The notes: generated by a model from the sequence alone, not told the origin. A DNA stretch of 64,000 nt from an uncultured Planctomycetota bacterium (GCA_963752285.1 CAVVXN010000005.1:1632001-1696000), one strand, 5' to 3'; positions 1 to 10,658 are shown, counted from the first letter of the stretch. Numbers and translations are program-made.

Positions 1-3000
1 ACCGCCGGGGACCGGCAAGTCCCAGACCATCACGAACGTGATCGCGCACGCCGTCGCGACGGGACGCCGCGTCCTCTTCGTATCGGAGAAGATGGCCGCG
101 CTGAACGTCGTGAAGAAGCGCCTCGAACAGGTGGGGCTCGGGCCCTTCTGCCTCGAGCTCCACTCGAACAAGGCGCAGAAGTCGAAGGTGCTCGCCGAGA
201 TCCAGGAGGCCCTCCACCTCACAGCGCCGGCGCCGGACGACGGCTGGGACCGGAAGGCGGAGCGGCTCCAGGGCCTCGCGAAGGACCTCGACCGCTACGC
301 GGAGGTGCTCCACCGCCGCCGTCCGGCAGGGCTGAGCGCGTACCAGGCGATCGCCAGGCTCGTGGGCCTCGGGGACGCGCCCCTCGTCGCCCTCGACCTC
401 GGCGACGACCCCGAGACGTTCGACGCGAAGCGCCTGGAGCAGCTCCGGGATCAGGTCCAGGCCTTTCGAACGGCGCTCGTCGAGGTGGCGCCGCCCGCCG
501 AGCATCCCTGGCGCGGCGCGACGCTCGACGCCTGGGCGCCCGCGCTCACCGCGGACGCCGTGGCGCGGTTCCGCGAGGTGGCGCGTCGCGCGAGCGACCT
601 CGACGCGGCGCTCGGGGCCCTCGCAACGCCCCTCGCCGTCGAGGGGAAGGCGCTCTCCCGCGCCGCGCTCCTGGCGACCGCCGACGTCGCGCGCCTCCTC
701 CTCGACGCGCCGCCGGTCACGCGCGCGATCCTCGAGGCGTCCGACGCCGACGCGCTTCGCGCCGACGTGGACGCCTGGGCCGCGGCGGGGCGCGAGGAGC
801 AGGCACTTTCCGCGGCGCTCCTCGAACGTTTCTCCCTGGGCGTGCTCGAGCTGGACCTCGACCGGCTTCGCGCACGGCTCGACCTCGCGCGGCGGTCGGG
901 CTGGCCGGTCTCCTGGTTCCGGGCGCGGGCGCCGCGGCGCGCCCTCCGCGCGGTCGCGAAGGACCGTCTCGGCCGGACGGACGCGCTGTTGTCGGACGTG
1001 GACCGCGCGCTCCGCGTCCGGTCCCTCCGCCGGCTCCTCGACGGCGCCGCGGCGCGGGGGTCGGCGTGGTTCGGGAGTCAGTGGCAAGGCGCCGACACGT
1101 CGTGGGACGCGCTCGTTTCGGCGCGAGACTTCGCGCTCGCGCTCCAGAGGGCGACGCTCAGCGCGGCCGACGGCGACGTGCGCCGCCTCGCGTCGGTCCG
1201 GGAGCGCGCGGCGGCGCTCGCGACGGAGGGACAGGACCTCCTCTCGTCGGACGGCCCCCTCCGCGCCGCCCTTGAGGCCGCGGTCGGGGCGCACGACGCG
1301 CTCGCGGGGGCGATGGAGGCCGCGAAGGCGCTCCTCGTCCTCGACGAGGACGCGGCGTGGGGCGGGTCCGCCGAGTCGGGCGCGCTCGCGCGGATCGTGG
1401 CTCGCGCGGGCGCGGCCGCCGGGCGGCCCGAGGCGCTCCGCCCGTGGTGCACCTGGCGCCGTGTCGGCAACGAGGCCCAGAGGAGCGGTCTCGCTCCGCT
1501 CCTGGCGGCGGTCGAGGAGGGTGGGGTCCGGCCGGCCGCGGTCGAGCGCGCGTTCGAGCGCTCCTTCACCGAGTGGTGGATCGGCCGGGTCTTCCAGGCG
1601 GAGCCCCTGCTCCGGGCGTTCGACGGCCGCCAGCAGCAGGACCTCGTCCGCCGCTTCGGCGACCTGGACGTCGGCGTGACCTCGGAGAGCGGCGACGTGA
1701 TCCGGGCGCGCGTGGGCGCGCGGCTCCCGCGCGGGCAGCGCGAGATCTCGCCGAGCAGCACGTCGGAGATGGGCATCGTGCGGCGCGAGCTGATGAAGCA
1801 GCGCCGGCACATGCCGATCCGCCGCCTGCTCGAACGCGCGCCGAACGTCGTGTGCCGCCTCAAGCCCTGCCTGCTGATGAGCCCGCTCTCGGTCGCGCAG
1901 TACCTCTCGACCGACTTCCCGCGGTTCGACCTCGTCGTGTTCGACGAGGCCTCGCAGATCCCGACGCACGACGCGATCGGAGCGATCGCGCGCGGCGAGG
2001 CGCTGGTCGTGGTCGGCGACCCCAAGCAGCTCCCCCCCACCGCGTTCTTCGAGCGGACGGACGACGAGGAGGTGGACGAGGACGACGTCGAGGACCTCGA
2101 GAGCATCCTCGACGAGCTCATGGGCGCGCGGCTCCCGAGCCTGCGCCTCGGCTGGCACTACCGGAGCCGCCACGAGAGCCTGATCGCCTTCAGCAACCAC
2201 CAGTACTACGAGAACCGCCTCCTCACGTTCCCCTCCGCGCTCGCCACGGCGCCCGACCTCGGCGTCTCGCTGGTGAACGTCGAGGGCGTCTACGACCGCG
2301 GCGGGTCCCGCGCGAACCTCGCCGAGGCGAAGGCGGTGGTCGCGGAGATCGTGGCGCGTCTCACGGACCCGGAGCGCGCGCGCTACACGATCGGCGTCGT
2401 CACCTTCAGTCTCGCGCAGCAGACGCTCGTCGAAGACCTCCTCGACCAGGCGCGGCGCGAGAACCCGGCCCTCGAGCCGTATTTCACCGGAGGCGTCGAG
2501 GAGCCCGTGTTCGTGAAGAACCTGGAGAACGTCCAGGGCGACGAGCGCGACGTGATCCTCTTCTCGATCTGCTACGGCGCGGACGCGTCGGGCCGGGTCG
2601 CGCTCAACTTCGGGCCGCTGAACCGCGACGGCGGCGAGCGGCGATTGAACGTCGCGATCACCCGAGCGCGCCGCGAGGTGAAGGTCTACGCCTCGATCCG
2701 CGCCGACCAGATCGACCTCGCGCGGACCCGCGCGGTCGGGATGCGACACCTGAAGGAGTTCCTCGACTACGCCGCGCGCGGACCGGCGGCGCTCGGCCAG
2801 GCGCTCGTCGTGGCGGGCGACGCGGAGGCGGAGTCGCCCCTCGAGGAGGACGTGAAGCGCGCGATCGAGGCCGCCGGCTTCGAGGTCGTGTCGCAGGTCG
2901 GGTGCTCGGGCTACCGGATCGACCTCGGCGTGAAGGACCCGGACGCGCCGGGGCGCTTCCTCCTCGGGGTCGAGTGCGACGGCGCCATGTACCACAGCGC

Positions 3001-3945
3001 GAAGACCGCGCGCGACCGCGACCGGCTCCGGGCGAGCGTGCTGCGCGGTCTCGGCTGGGTGCTCCACCGCGTGTGGTCCACGGACTGGTGGCAGGACCCG
3101 AAGCGCGAGACGAAGCGCGTCCTCGACCGTCTCCAGGAGCTCCGCCGGGCGCCCCGAGGGCCCCCCCCGCCGCCCGTGCCCCCGCGCCCGCGCCGCCGCC
3201 GCCCCCGCCCACGCCCACGGCGCGGGCCGGGGACGCTGGCGAAGACGTCCTGCCCGACGGGGCCCGGGCCGACGCGCCCGCGGCGTCCGGTCCTCGCGGG
3301 GGCTCCGCGGACGCGGCCGGGCCCCTCGTTCCCGGCGCGACGAGGTACGAGGCGCACGAGCCGAACGTGTCCTCGAGCGATCCCGAGGTCTTCTACCTGC
3401 CCCGCACGACGTCTCACGTTCGACGCGTGCTCGAGCAGGTGTTGCGGCAGGAGGCGCCCATCTCCCTCTCGCTCCTCGGGCGGCGCGTGGCGACGGCCTG
3501 GGGGCTCAAGCGCCTCACGAACCGAGCGAAGGAGCGCGTCGAGGAGGTGCTCGTCCGCGTGCCCCACCGCACGACCGCCGCATCCTGGGAGACGTTCGTG
3601 TGGCGCGACGACCAGGACCCGTCGGGCTATCGGGGCGTTCGCGTGCCGGGGCCGAAGGAGGACGACCGTCGGGAGCCCGAAGAGATCTCGCCCCAGGAGA
3701 TCGCGAACGCCGCGGCGTTGATCCTCCGCGACCAGATCAGCATGCCGCCCGACGACCTGTCGCGCGAGACCGCGCGGATGCTCGGATTCCAGCGCATGGG
3801 CTCGGCGGTGAAGCCCGTGATGGAGGCGGGGCTCTCGACGCTCGTTCGGGACGGCCGCGCGGTCCAGGACGGCGAAGCCCTCGTCGCGAACGACGACCCC
3901 CCGGCGACCGACGGCCCCGGACGGGATCTTGCGCCGCCGACGTAG
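1..3945 (+). CDS. SF1 helicase + Vsr/REase-like nuclease + DUF3320 protein (DUF4011 helicase, Hhe-like anti-phage family); 5'-truncated by the window and frameshifted near 3161-3185
   Basis: Frame 2 from the window start reads PPGTGKSQTITN (Walker A), then CLLMSPLSVAQYL, FDEASQ, VGDPKQLPPT, HYRSRHESLIAFSN, ENVQGDERD, RRLNVAITRAR and GVECDGAMYHS...RVWSTDWW. The C-terminal DUF3320-like domain (VLRQEAPISL...EEISPQEIANA...ETARMLGFQRMG) continues in frame 1 to the stop at 3945. Confidence 0.85.
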
Positions 3946-4026
3946 CGTGGTCGTCGCCGCCCGCCCGAGGCGTCGCCTCGGCGCGCGCGTTCTCGTCGAT
4001 CCTCGGCGGCGCCGGCGCCCTCGCCG

Positions 4027-4716
4027 CTACGCCACCTCGTACACGTAGACGAGCGCGAGGTAGATCCCGGTGCCAACGAACACGAGCCCCGTCGCGAGGC
4101 GCGCCCACCTCGCCACGACGGTCGTGCGCCGAAGCGCCAGGCCGAGCGAGCGTGCGCCGAGGGACACTGCGAGCGCGAAGAGCACCACGGGGACCGCGGT
4201 GCCGACGCCGAACACCATCGGGAGCCAGACGCCCGAGCCCTGCCGGACGGCCAGCGGCACGAGGCCGAGGAAGAAGAGACCGGCCGAGACGGGGCAGAAC
4301 GAGAGCGCGAAGAGAACCCCGAGCGGCGCCGCGCCCGCGACGCCGGCGGAGGCGAGGCGCTCGCCGAGGCGCGCGCCGAGGCGCGTGCCCGGGCCGGCGA
4401 AGCGAAGGAGGTCCAGGAGGAGCAACCCGACCAGGATCAGCATCGGTCCGAGGGCCTGGTTCACGTACCGTTCGAGGAGTCGGGAGAGCCCGGCGGTCCC
4501 GACGAGGCTCTCGACGAGCAGGACGCCGAGGGCGACGTAGGCGAGCGCGCGGCCCGCGGCGTAGAGGAGGCCCGCGAAGAGGACGCGCCGAGGGCTCTCG
4601 ACGCTCCGCGCCACGTACGAGACCGCGGCGACGTTCGTCGCGAGCGGGCAGGGGCTGATCGACGTCAGGATCCCGAGCCAGAGGGCCGAGCCGATCGCGG
4701 CGAGAAGTGCCTCCAC
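4027..4716 (-). CDS. ArsG/CcdA-like membrane protein (aromatic arsenical efflux permease family)
   Basis: GTG at 4716; LGILTSISPCPLATN and LFALSFCPVSAGLFF motifs; multiple TM segments; last gene of the ars-type operon. Confidence 0.8.
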   Translation of the reverse strand: MEALLAAIGSALWLGILTSISPCPLATNVAAVSYVARSVESPRRVLFAGLLYAAGRALAYVALGVLLVESLVGTAGLSRLLERYVNQALGPMLILVGLLLLDLLRFAGPGTRLGARLGERLASAGVAGAAPLGVLFALSFCPVSAGLFFLGLVPLAVRQGSGVWLPMVFGVGTAVPVVLFALAVSLGARSLGLALRRTTVVARWARLATGLVFVGTGIYLALVYVYEVA

Positions 4717-4721
4717 CGGCG

Positions 4722-5231
4722 CTACTCCCGGTCGTCCGCGTCGTGCCAGGGCCCGATCACCATCTCGACCTCCGACTCGAGGTAGTCGAAGAAGCCCGGC
4801 CGGTCGTCGGCGAGGTCCCACGTCCGTCCGAGGACGGAGGCGTCCTTCTCCTTCCCGTCCTCGAGCTCGACGAGCACCAGGGAGCTCCGCACCAGGTCGT
4901 AGCGGAGCGCGGCGTCCCGGTTCCAGGCGTCGTCCATGTTCTCGACGTCCCACTCGACGGTCCCCGCGGCGAGCGCACGGGGGAACCGCGCCTCGAGGGC
5001 CTCGCGGGCCCACGCCTCGATCCGGTTGCAGGCGGCGCAGCGTTTCGTCGCGTGGTAGTAGCGGACGACGAGCTGGTGGTGCGGGGCCGTCTCGGAGGCG
5101 CGCGCCGTCGCGCCGGGCGCCGGCTGCTCGGCGGCGCGCCGTTGGCCGACCTCCTTCCCCACCGCGTACCCGGAGGTGAAGACGACGAAGGCGACGAGCC
5201 CCTTCGTGACGAGCCCACGGAGCGTCGTCAC
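4722..5231 (-). CDS. ArsF-like exported thioredoxin-fold protein
   Basis: GTG at 5231 overlaps the upstream stop (GTGA); N-terminal TM; VVRYYHATKRCAACNRIE motif. Confidence 0.75.
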   Translation of the reverse strand: MTTLRGLVTKGLVAFVVFTSGYAVGKEVGQRRAAEQPAPGATARASETAPHHQLVVRYYHATKRCAACNRIEAWAREALEARFPRALAAGTVEWDVENMDDAWNRDAALRYDLVRSSLVLVELEDGKEKDASVLGRTWDLADDRPGFFDYLESEVEMVIGPWHDADDRE

Positions 5232-5482
5232 GGGGACGTCCTCTCCGTGGCGGCGAGCAGCTCCTCGACGTACCTGGCGTTCGCGGCCTTCCCGACGAGG
5301 AGCACCTTGCCGTCCACGACCAGCGCCGGCGTCGTGATCACGCCGAGCGCGATCATCGCCTCGATGTCGGTCACCTTCTCGAGCGTGAAGTCGAGGCCGA
5401 GGGCCTCCGCCGCCTGCCGGGCGTTCTCGGCCAGGCGGTTGCACTTCGCACAGCCCGGGCCATACACCTGGATCTTCCGCAT
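5228..5482 (-). CDS. small redox-active disulfide protein (thioredoxin family, 84 aa)
   Basis: MRKIQVYGPGCAKC...GVITTPALVVDGKV. Confidence 0.9.
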   Translation of the reverse strand: MRKIQVYGPGCAKCNRLAENARQAAEALGLDFTLEKVTDIEAMIALGVITTPALVVDGKVLLVGKAANARYVEELLAATERTSP

Positions 5483-5505
5483 CGTTCTTCCTCTCGGGGG
5501 TTCGC

Positions 5506-6819
5506 TCATCCGGCGACGGCCCCGTACACGAGGCCGGTCACGGTGGCCATCACGACGACGAGAAGCGAAAAGACCGTGGTCTTCCGCCAGCCCATCACCT
5601 TCCCGATGACGAGAAGGTTGGGGAGCGAGAGCGCGGGCCCGGCGAGGAGGAGGGCAAGGGCCGGTCCCTCCGCCATCCCATGGTGGCGCAGCGCCTCGAC
5701 GATCGGGATCTCGGTCAGGGTCGCGAAGTAGAAGAGCGCCCCGACCACGGACGCCGTGAGGTTCGAGAACAGGCCGTTGTCCCCGACCCACGACCCGATC
5801 CCCTGGTCGGGGAGCAGGGCCGAGAGGAACCCCACCACGAACACGCCCCCGAAGAGCAGGGGGACCAAAAGCTTCGCGAACCCCCACGTGTTCGCCATCC
5901 ACTCGCGGCGCTCGTCCCCGTCCATCCAGAACCGCGTCATGAGCAGGACCGCGAGGCCCATGAGGCCCGCGAGGTACCACCGCATGTGCCACACACCCAT
6001 CACCCAGCCGCGGGAGGTCTCGATCGTGCCGATTTCGTCCTTTGCGATCGTCAGCCGCTCCCCCGCGGCGAGGTCGCCCGAGCGCTCCGCGAGCTGGACC
6101 GTGACGTCGCCCGCAGTCTCCTGCAGGACGACGCCCGCGACCTCGCGACCGTCGGTGAGGTGGATTCGCGCGTCGCCGGGGTTGTACCAGTCGCTGAACA
6201 CGAGGAACGCGACCATCGCGGCGAGGAGCAACGTGGTCTTCCGAAGCGACCTCGTCGGGGCCGCGCCCTCCGCGATCGGCACGGGGGTGGTACCGAGGCG
6301 GGCCGCCTCTTCGCGCCGGAACACGAACGCCATGGCGAGCCCGATCACGATGGCGAACCCGATCGCGCCGACCGCGCGGGCGACGCCGAGGTCCACGCCC
6401 AGCACACGGGCGGTCAGGAAGACGGCCAACACGTTGATCGCCGGTCCGGAGTAGAGGAACGCGCTGGCCGGGCCGAGTCCGGCGCCGAGGCGGTAGATGC
6501 CTGCGAACATGGGCAGGACGCTGCACGAGCAGACGGCGAGGATCCCGCCCGAGACCGCGGCCACCGGGTACGCGACGCGCTTCTTCGAGCGAGGGCCGAG
6601 GTGCTTCATCACGGCGGAGGGCGTCAGGAAGGTCGTGATCGCGCCCGCGATGAAGATCGCGGGGACGACGCACGCCAGCGTGTGGTTCCGCGCGTACCAC
6701 TGGAGGAGCCGGAACGCCTCCTGGATCGCGTTCCGGACCCGCGGGTCCGAGAGGGGCAGCGCGTACGCGACCCCGAAGACGCCCAGCATCGCAAGCAGGA
6801 TCCGGAGCTCTCGGCGCAT
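5506..6819 (-). CDS. DUF318/ArsP-family permease
   Basis: ATG at 6819; ILAVCSCSVLPMFAGIY, FLYSGPAIN, YFATLTEIPI and LLAGPALSLP motifs. Confidence 0.85.
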   Translation of the reverse strand: MRRELRILLAMLGVFGVAYALPLSDPRVRNAIQEAFRLLQWYARNHTLACVVPAIFIAGAITTFLTPSAVMKHLGPRSKKRVAYPVAAVSGGILAVCSCSVLPMFAGIYRLGAGLGPASAFLYSGPAINVLAVFLTARVLGVDLGVARAVGAIGFAIVIGLAMAFVFRREEAARLGTTPVPIAEGAAPTRSLRKTTLLLAAMVAFLVFSDWYNPGDARIHLTDGREVAGVVLQETAGDVTVQLAERSGDLAAGERLTIAKDEIGTIETSRGWVMGVWHMRWYLAGLMGLAVLLMTRFWMDGDERREWMANTWGFAKLLVPLLFGGVFVVGFLSALLPDQGIGSWVGDNGLFSNLTASVVGALFYFATLTEIPIVEALRHHGMAEGPALALLLAGPALSLPNLLVIGKVMGWRKTTVFSLLVVVMATVTGLVYGAVAG

Positions 6820-6850
6820 GGGTGGATTCCGAGGGGGAGGAGGGGGCGAC

Positions 6851-7177
6851 TCAGCAGCGACAGCTCGGAGACGCTGCGGAGGCCCGCTTGGGGTCGAGCA
6901 CCCCCTCGATGCACTCGAAGAACCCGAGCACACAGGGGGTGAGGAGCCGGTACACCTGCTGCTGGCCACGTCGCTCCGAGGCGACGATGCCCGCGTGCTT
7001 GAGCGTCGCGAGGTGCCGCGAGACCGTGGAGATGTCGTCGCCGACGATGGCCGTCAGGTCGCAGACGCAGCGGTCCCCGCGGGCCAGCTCCTCCACGAGG
7101 CAGAGACGGGTCGGGTGCGCCATCGCCTTGATGACGGTGGCCCGGGCTTCGAGACGGCGGCGCGTGCGGACGTTCAT
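6851..7177 (-). CDS. arsR: ArsR/SmtB family transcriptional repressor
   Basis: KAMAHPTRL...RCVCDL...STVSRHLATLKHAGIV; GGAG RBS upstream; Cys-rich C-terminus SCRC. Confidence 0.9.
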   Translation of the reverse strand: MNVRTRRRLEARATVIKAMAHPTRLCLVEELARGDRCVCDLTAIVGDDISTVSRHLATLKHAGIVASERRGQQQVYRLLTPCVLGFFECIEGVLDPKRASAASPSCRC

Positions 7178-7195
7178 GGTGGGCTCCGGACCTAA

Positions 7196-7228
7196 GTATT
7201 GCGTATTTGGCCAAACTTACAAATAAAG
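7196..7228. promoter_or_regulatory. AT-rich promoter/operator of the ars operon with inverted repeat TATTTG-N10-CAAATA
   Basis: TATTTG at 7204-7209 and CAAATA at 7220-7225 lie in an AT-rich patch just upstream of arsR, typical of ArsR autoregulatory sites. Confidence 0.6.
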
Positions 7229-7860
7229 ACCGAGCGCGACCCGGGTCGGGGCGATGGGAGCGTTCCCTGGCGCAACGCGCCCCGGAAGAAGCGGGCCTCC
7301 CGGCGGGTTCGGGAGAGGACCGCCACGGAGAACCCGCCGCAGGACCCCTCGCGCCCCGGTGGGCCCAGGTGCACGCCTGAGGGTCCCACGTGCACACCCG
7401 GAGCGACTCGTCGGGCGAGGGGGTCGTGCGGGGGTGCCGTCACACCATCGCGACCGAGGGGGAGGGCCGGGTGTACACGGAGCGCTACGACCGCGGCACC
7501 CACGCCGGCCCTGCCAGGCCATGACCACGCGCATCGGGGGTGGGTTCGGGAAGCGGATGCAGATCGTTCGGAACGCGGCCTCCCACATCGAGACCACCGC
7601 CACACGGCATCACGAGGATGGGCCCGGCCGGCCCAGCGCGGCGTACCGAGGGTCCAGCGTGAAGTCGAGGTACGCGGGACTCCCCTCGACCAGCTCGATC
7701 TTCCCCTCGATGTCCGCGTGCCTTGGGGCGTGAAAGATCGAGCCAGGGATTCGGAGGGTGTAGAGGCCCGCCGGCAGTCCGACGGAATCGAACTCAGTCG
7801 CAGCTGAGCGCCGCGGGCCGGCGCGCCGTCTCCCAGATCGCCGCCTGGGTGTCGGGGCGA

Positions 7861-7998
7861 CGCGGCTACGCGGTGCTGTTCGTGCCGGCCTTCAAGCCGG
7901 TGGAGGACCTCCTGGCAGCCAAGCGCGATCTCGCGCCGGAGCGGGAGATCCGGCGACTGGACGAGTTTGACGTGGTGATCGTGGACGACATCGGCTAC
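7861..7998 (+). pseudogene. istB: IS21-family IstB ATPase fragment
   Basis: Reads RGYAVLFVPAFKPVEDLLAAKRDLAPEREIRRLDEFDVVIVDDIGY (IstB Walker B region); no start, and it ends at the stop codon of the PIN gene. Confidence 0.7.
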
Positions 7999-8560
7999 GG
8001 CCCACCGCGAAGGTCGCGCAGTCGCACGACAGAGCGCACGAGCCCGGCATCTTGCAGCGCCGTGAGTACGTCCTCGATCGTACACGGCGGGTTCCCAAGC
8101 GCCGCCGCCTGCTCCCTCAGGACCTGCGCGACGAGAGGCGGGCCTCTTCGATGCGCTCCAGGATGAAGTCGTCCGGGTGCTGTGCCTCGACGCCGTGCGC
8201 AGCCAGTACGGCCGACGGGAAGTCCTTCACGTTCGATGTCACGATGATCTGTGCACGCCCTCGGATCACCGCCGCGAGAACATGACGGTCGTCCGCGTCG
8301 GGGAGTTCCACGTCCTGGATGAGATCCTCGAAGTCGGTGATCTCCCAGTCGGGAATCGCCGCCTTCATCAGCTCGCGGGTTCGGTCGAGCGCGTCCGGCG
8401 CGAGGTCCGGACGTCGAGCGAGGATGCTCGCGAAGCACTCTTCCATGATCCGCTCCGACCACCGGGCGCGCACCATGCCCGCGAGATCGAGCCGGATCAA
8501 CAGGTCGCGCAGCGGCGCAGGATGAAGGACGCATGCGTCGAGGACCACGACGAGCGGCAC
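7995..8560 (-). CDS. PIN-domain (VapC-like) toxin, split by a 1-nt frameshift near 8140
   Basis: VVLDACVLHPAPLRDLL...LPDADDRHVLAA...IVTSNVKDFP...HPDDF; the C-terminus PLVAQVLREQAAALGNPP...LQDAGL lies in the adjacent frame and ends at 7995. Confidence 0.8.
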
Positions 8561-8572
8561 GCGGACGCCCGA

Positions 8573-9025
8573 TCAGTACCCGAGGTCGTGCTTCTGCGCT
8601 TCGGCCGCCAGCTCGTCCAGCACGGCCTTGCGGCGCTTCTCCTCTTCCATGCGGAACCGCAGCACGTCGTCGGCTCGCACGCGGCGATGGGTGCCCACCT
8701 TACGAGACGGGATCTTCCCCTCCTCCAGGAGTTGGACCAGGTGCGGACGCGACACATTCAGCAGATCCGCGGCCTGCTGCGTGGTGAGCTCCGCGTGGAT
8801 CGGAACCAGGGTCACGCCGTTCCCGTTCGCCATCTGGCCGAGGATGGCCATGAGCATCTGGAAGGCCTCGAGCGGCACGTCCACGGTGATGGGCTTGTCC
8901 ACTCCCTCCGGCCGTAGGCGCACGATGCGCCCCCGCGACCGCGGGAGATCGGACAGGGCGCGCAGGGCCTCCCGCGCGCGCTCCGTCAGGGCCTTCGAGG
9001 GCATCTTGAGTTCGAGCGCGCTCAT
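8573..9025 (-). CDS. excisionase-family HTH DNA-binding protein (putative antitoxin/regulator)
   Basis: ELTTQQAADLLNVSRPHLVQLLEEGKIPSRKVGTHRRV; directly upstream of the PIN gene. Confidence 0.88.
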   Translation of the reverse strand: MSALELKMPSKALTERAREALRALSDLPRSRGRIVRLRPEGVDKPITVDVPLEAFQMLMAILGQMANGNGVTLVPIHAELTTQQAADLLNVSRPHLVQLLEEGKIPSRKVGTHRRVRADDVLRFRMEEEKRRKAVLDELAAEAQKHDLGY

Positions 9026-9046
9026 GGGAGGGAGTCTACCACCAAA

Positions 9047-9091
9047 CGAAGCATCCGAAACAGACGAAACACCCGAAACAGACGAAACAGG
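9047..9091. repeat. five direct 9-bp repeats CGAA(A/G)CANN, probable operator of the HTH-PIN operon
   Basis: CGAA starts at 9047, 9056, 9065, 9074 and 9083, immediately upstream of a minus-strand TAGACT -10 box (9033-9038). Confidence 0.75.
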
Positions 9092-9565
9092 TGCACACAG
9101 CCGGGCTCCCCCACGCGGGTCCCTGGCCCCCCGCGGCTCGGCGCCGGAGCCGGCCAATCAATGAACGTTCAGGTTCCGGGAACTGCCCCTGCGATTGCAG
9201 AACCACGGAGAGGGTGACCGGTTCTGCAAGCGAACGGGCGCTCGAGCCCGCCCCGCTCGGGCGCTGCCCCGCCCGTCGATCCCCCCTGTCCACTCCGCGT
9301 CCGCGCGCCGGCGGCTGGGTGGCCGAAGAAACCGTCCGGCGGCCCGACGGGAGCCGCACGAGGTCGCGACGGCCCCCGACCTCCCGGGCAGAGGTATCCG
9401 CCCACGGAGCAGGTCGGAGACGACCAGTGGACGGGCCCCCGGCATGATCCCGTCCGGGTCGGCGCCCCGCGGCCGAAGTGCGTCCACCCCGTCCAATCCG
9501 AGTCCAACGCATCGATGACCTCTCCGCCAGCCTCCGTCGCTCGACGATCCGCCCCTCATCGGTGC

Positions 9566-9643
9566 CGCGCGCAGTACGTGCGCATGTCCACCGAGCATCA
9601 GCAGTACTCGACGGAGAACGAGGGCGACGTCATCCGCGACTAC
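9566..9643 (+). pseudogene. serine recombinase N-terminal relic
   Basis: RAQYVRMSTEHQQYSTENEGDVIRDY contains the catalytic YxRxST motif; homology stops after about 26 codons. Confidence 0.7.
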
Positions 9644-9950
9644 CCATCTTCTGAGCCAGCACGGCGGCGAAGTCGTACGGATCGGCCTTTGGCATGCGCG
9701 TCACAGGGACACCCAGCGGGGAGAACCGCTCAGGAACCGACGAGATCTCCCGCCGCCTCGGCGGCGAAGTCGGATGCCCACCCGAGGAGCTCGGGTGCCT
9801 TCCCGTGGTCCAGGCGGAAGAAGGGGACGCGGACACGTGGAGTGCGTACTCCACGGAGGTCTACCGGCACGGCTAGTGGGCAATCTGGTGGGCAGTGGCC
9901 ATATCCGGCCTCCTCGTCCCCACGAGGCCGGTTCCCCCAAAGGGCGGAAG

Positions 9951-10042
<92 letters not shown>

Positions 10043-10060
10043 GTGGCGGCCAAGGGGCGG

Positions 10061-10089
10061 AAGGTAGGGCTCGCCCCGGCCGGGGTCAA
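10061..10089 (-). promoter_or_regulatory. sigma70-type promoter of tRNA-Ser
   Basis: TTGACC (10089-10084), 17 bp spacer, TACCTT (10066-10061). Confidence 0.7.
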
Positions 10090-10168
10090 GGAGCGTCGGG
10101 GTACCGGCGCCGTGGCGCGCGGGGGCGCGCGGGGGCGCGGCGCGCGTGGACGTCTCTCCTCTGAACCC

Positions 10169-10624
10169 TCAGCCCCGGCGGGCGGCGAAGAACGCGCGGA
10201 GGAGTCGGCCCGCCTCCTCGGCGAGCACGCCGGCGCGCACTTCGAGGCGGTGGTTCAGGCGCGGGTCCTCGCACACGTTCGCGAGGCTGCCCGCGGCGCC
10301 GGCCTTCGGGTCGGTGGCCCCGTACACGAGCCGCGCGACGCGCGCGTTCACGCACGCGCCCGCGCACATGAAGCACGGTTCGAGCGTCACGTAGAGCGTG
10401 GCCCCGTCGAGCCGCCACGACCCGACGGCCCTCGCGGCGTCGCGGAGCGCGAGGATCTCCGCGTGCGCGGTCGGGTCCCCGTCCGCCTCGCGCCGGTTTT
10501 GCGCGCGGGCGACGACCCGCCCCCCCACCGCGACCACCGCGCCGATGGGCACGTCGTCGTGGAGGAGCGCGGCCTCGGCCTCCGCGAGCGCCTCCCGGAG
10601 GAAGGCCTCGTCGGGGTCCGTCAC
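10169..10624 (-). CDS. tadA: tRNA adenosine(34) deaminase
   Basis: DVPIGAVV, DPTAHAEILA, LYVTLEPCFMCAGA, YGATDPKAGA. Confidence 0.93.
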   Translation of the reverse strand: MTDPDEAFLREALAEAEAALLHDDVPIGAVVAVGGRVVARAQNRREADGDPTAHAEILALRDAARAVGSWRLDGATLYVTLEPCFMCAGACVNARVARLVYGATDPKAGAAGSLANVCEDPRLNHRLEVRAGVLAEEAGRLLRAFFAARRG

Positions 10625-10658
10625 CGCTCGGCTCCCGCCTTCGCGCGGCGCCCCGCCG

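Noticed and set aside
7995..8560. PIN toxin as a true pseudogene or programmed frameshift
   Set aside because: A single missing base in a short C run explains it, both halves look intact, there is no slippery heptamer, and a second homopolymer frameshift in the window suggests sequencing error
9047..9091. N-terminal extension of the HTH gene through the 9-bp repeats (VSSVSGVSSVSDAS)
   Set aside because: The -10 box 7 nt before ATG 9025 and the family length favour a non-coding operator
9694..9876. 60-aa ORF next to tRNA-Ser
   Set aside because: No SD or recognisable motif; it lies in decayed island sequence
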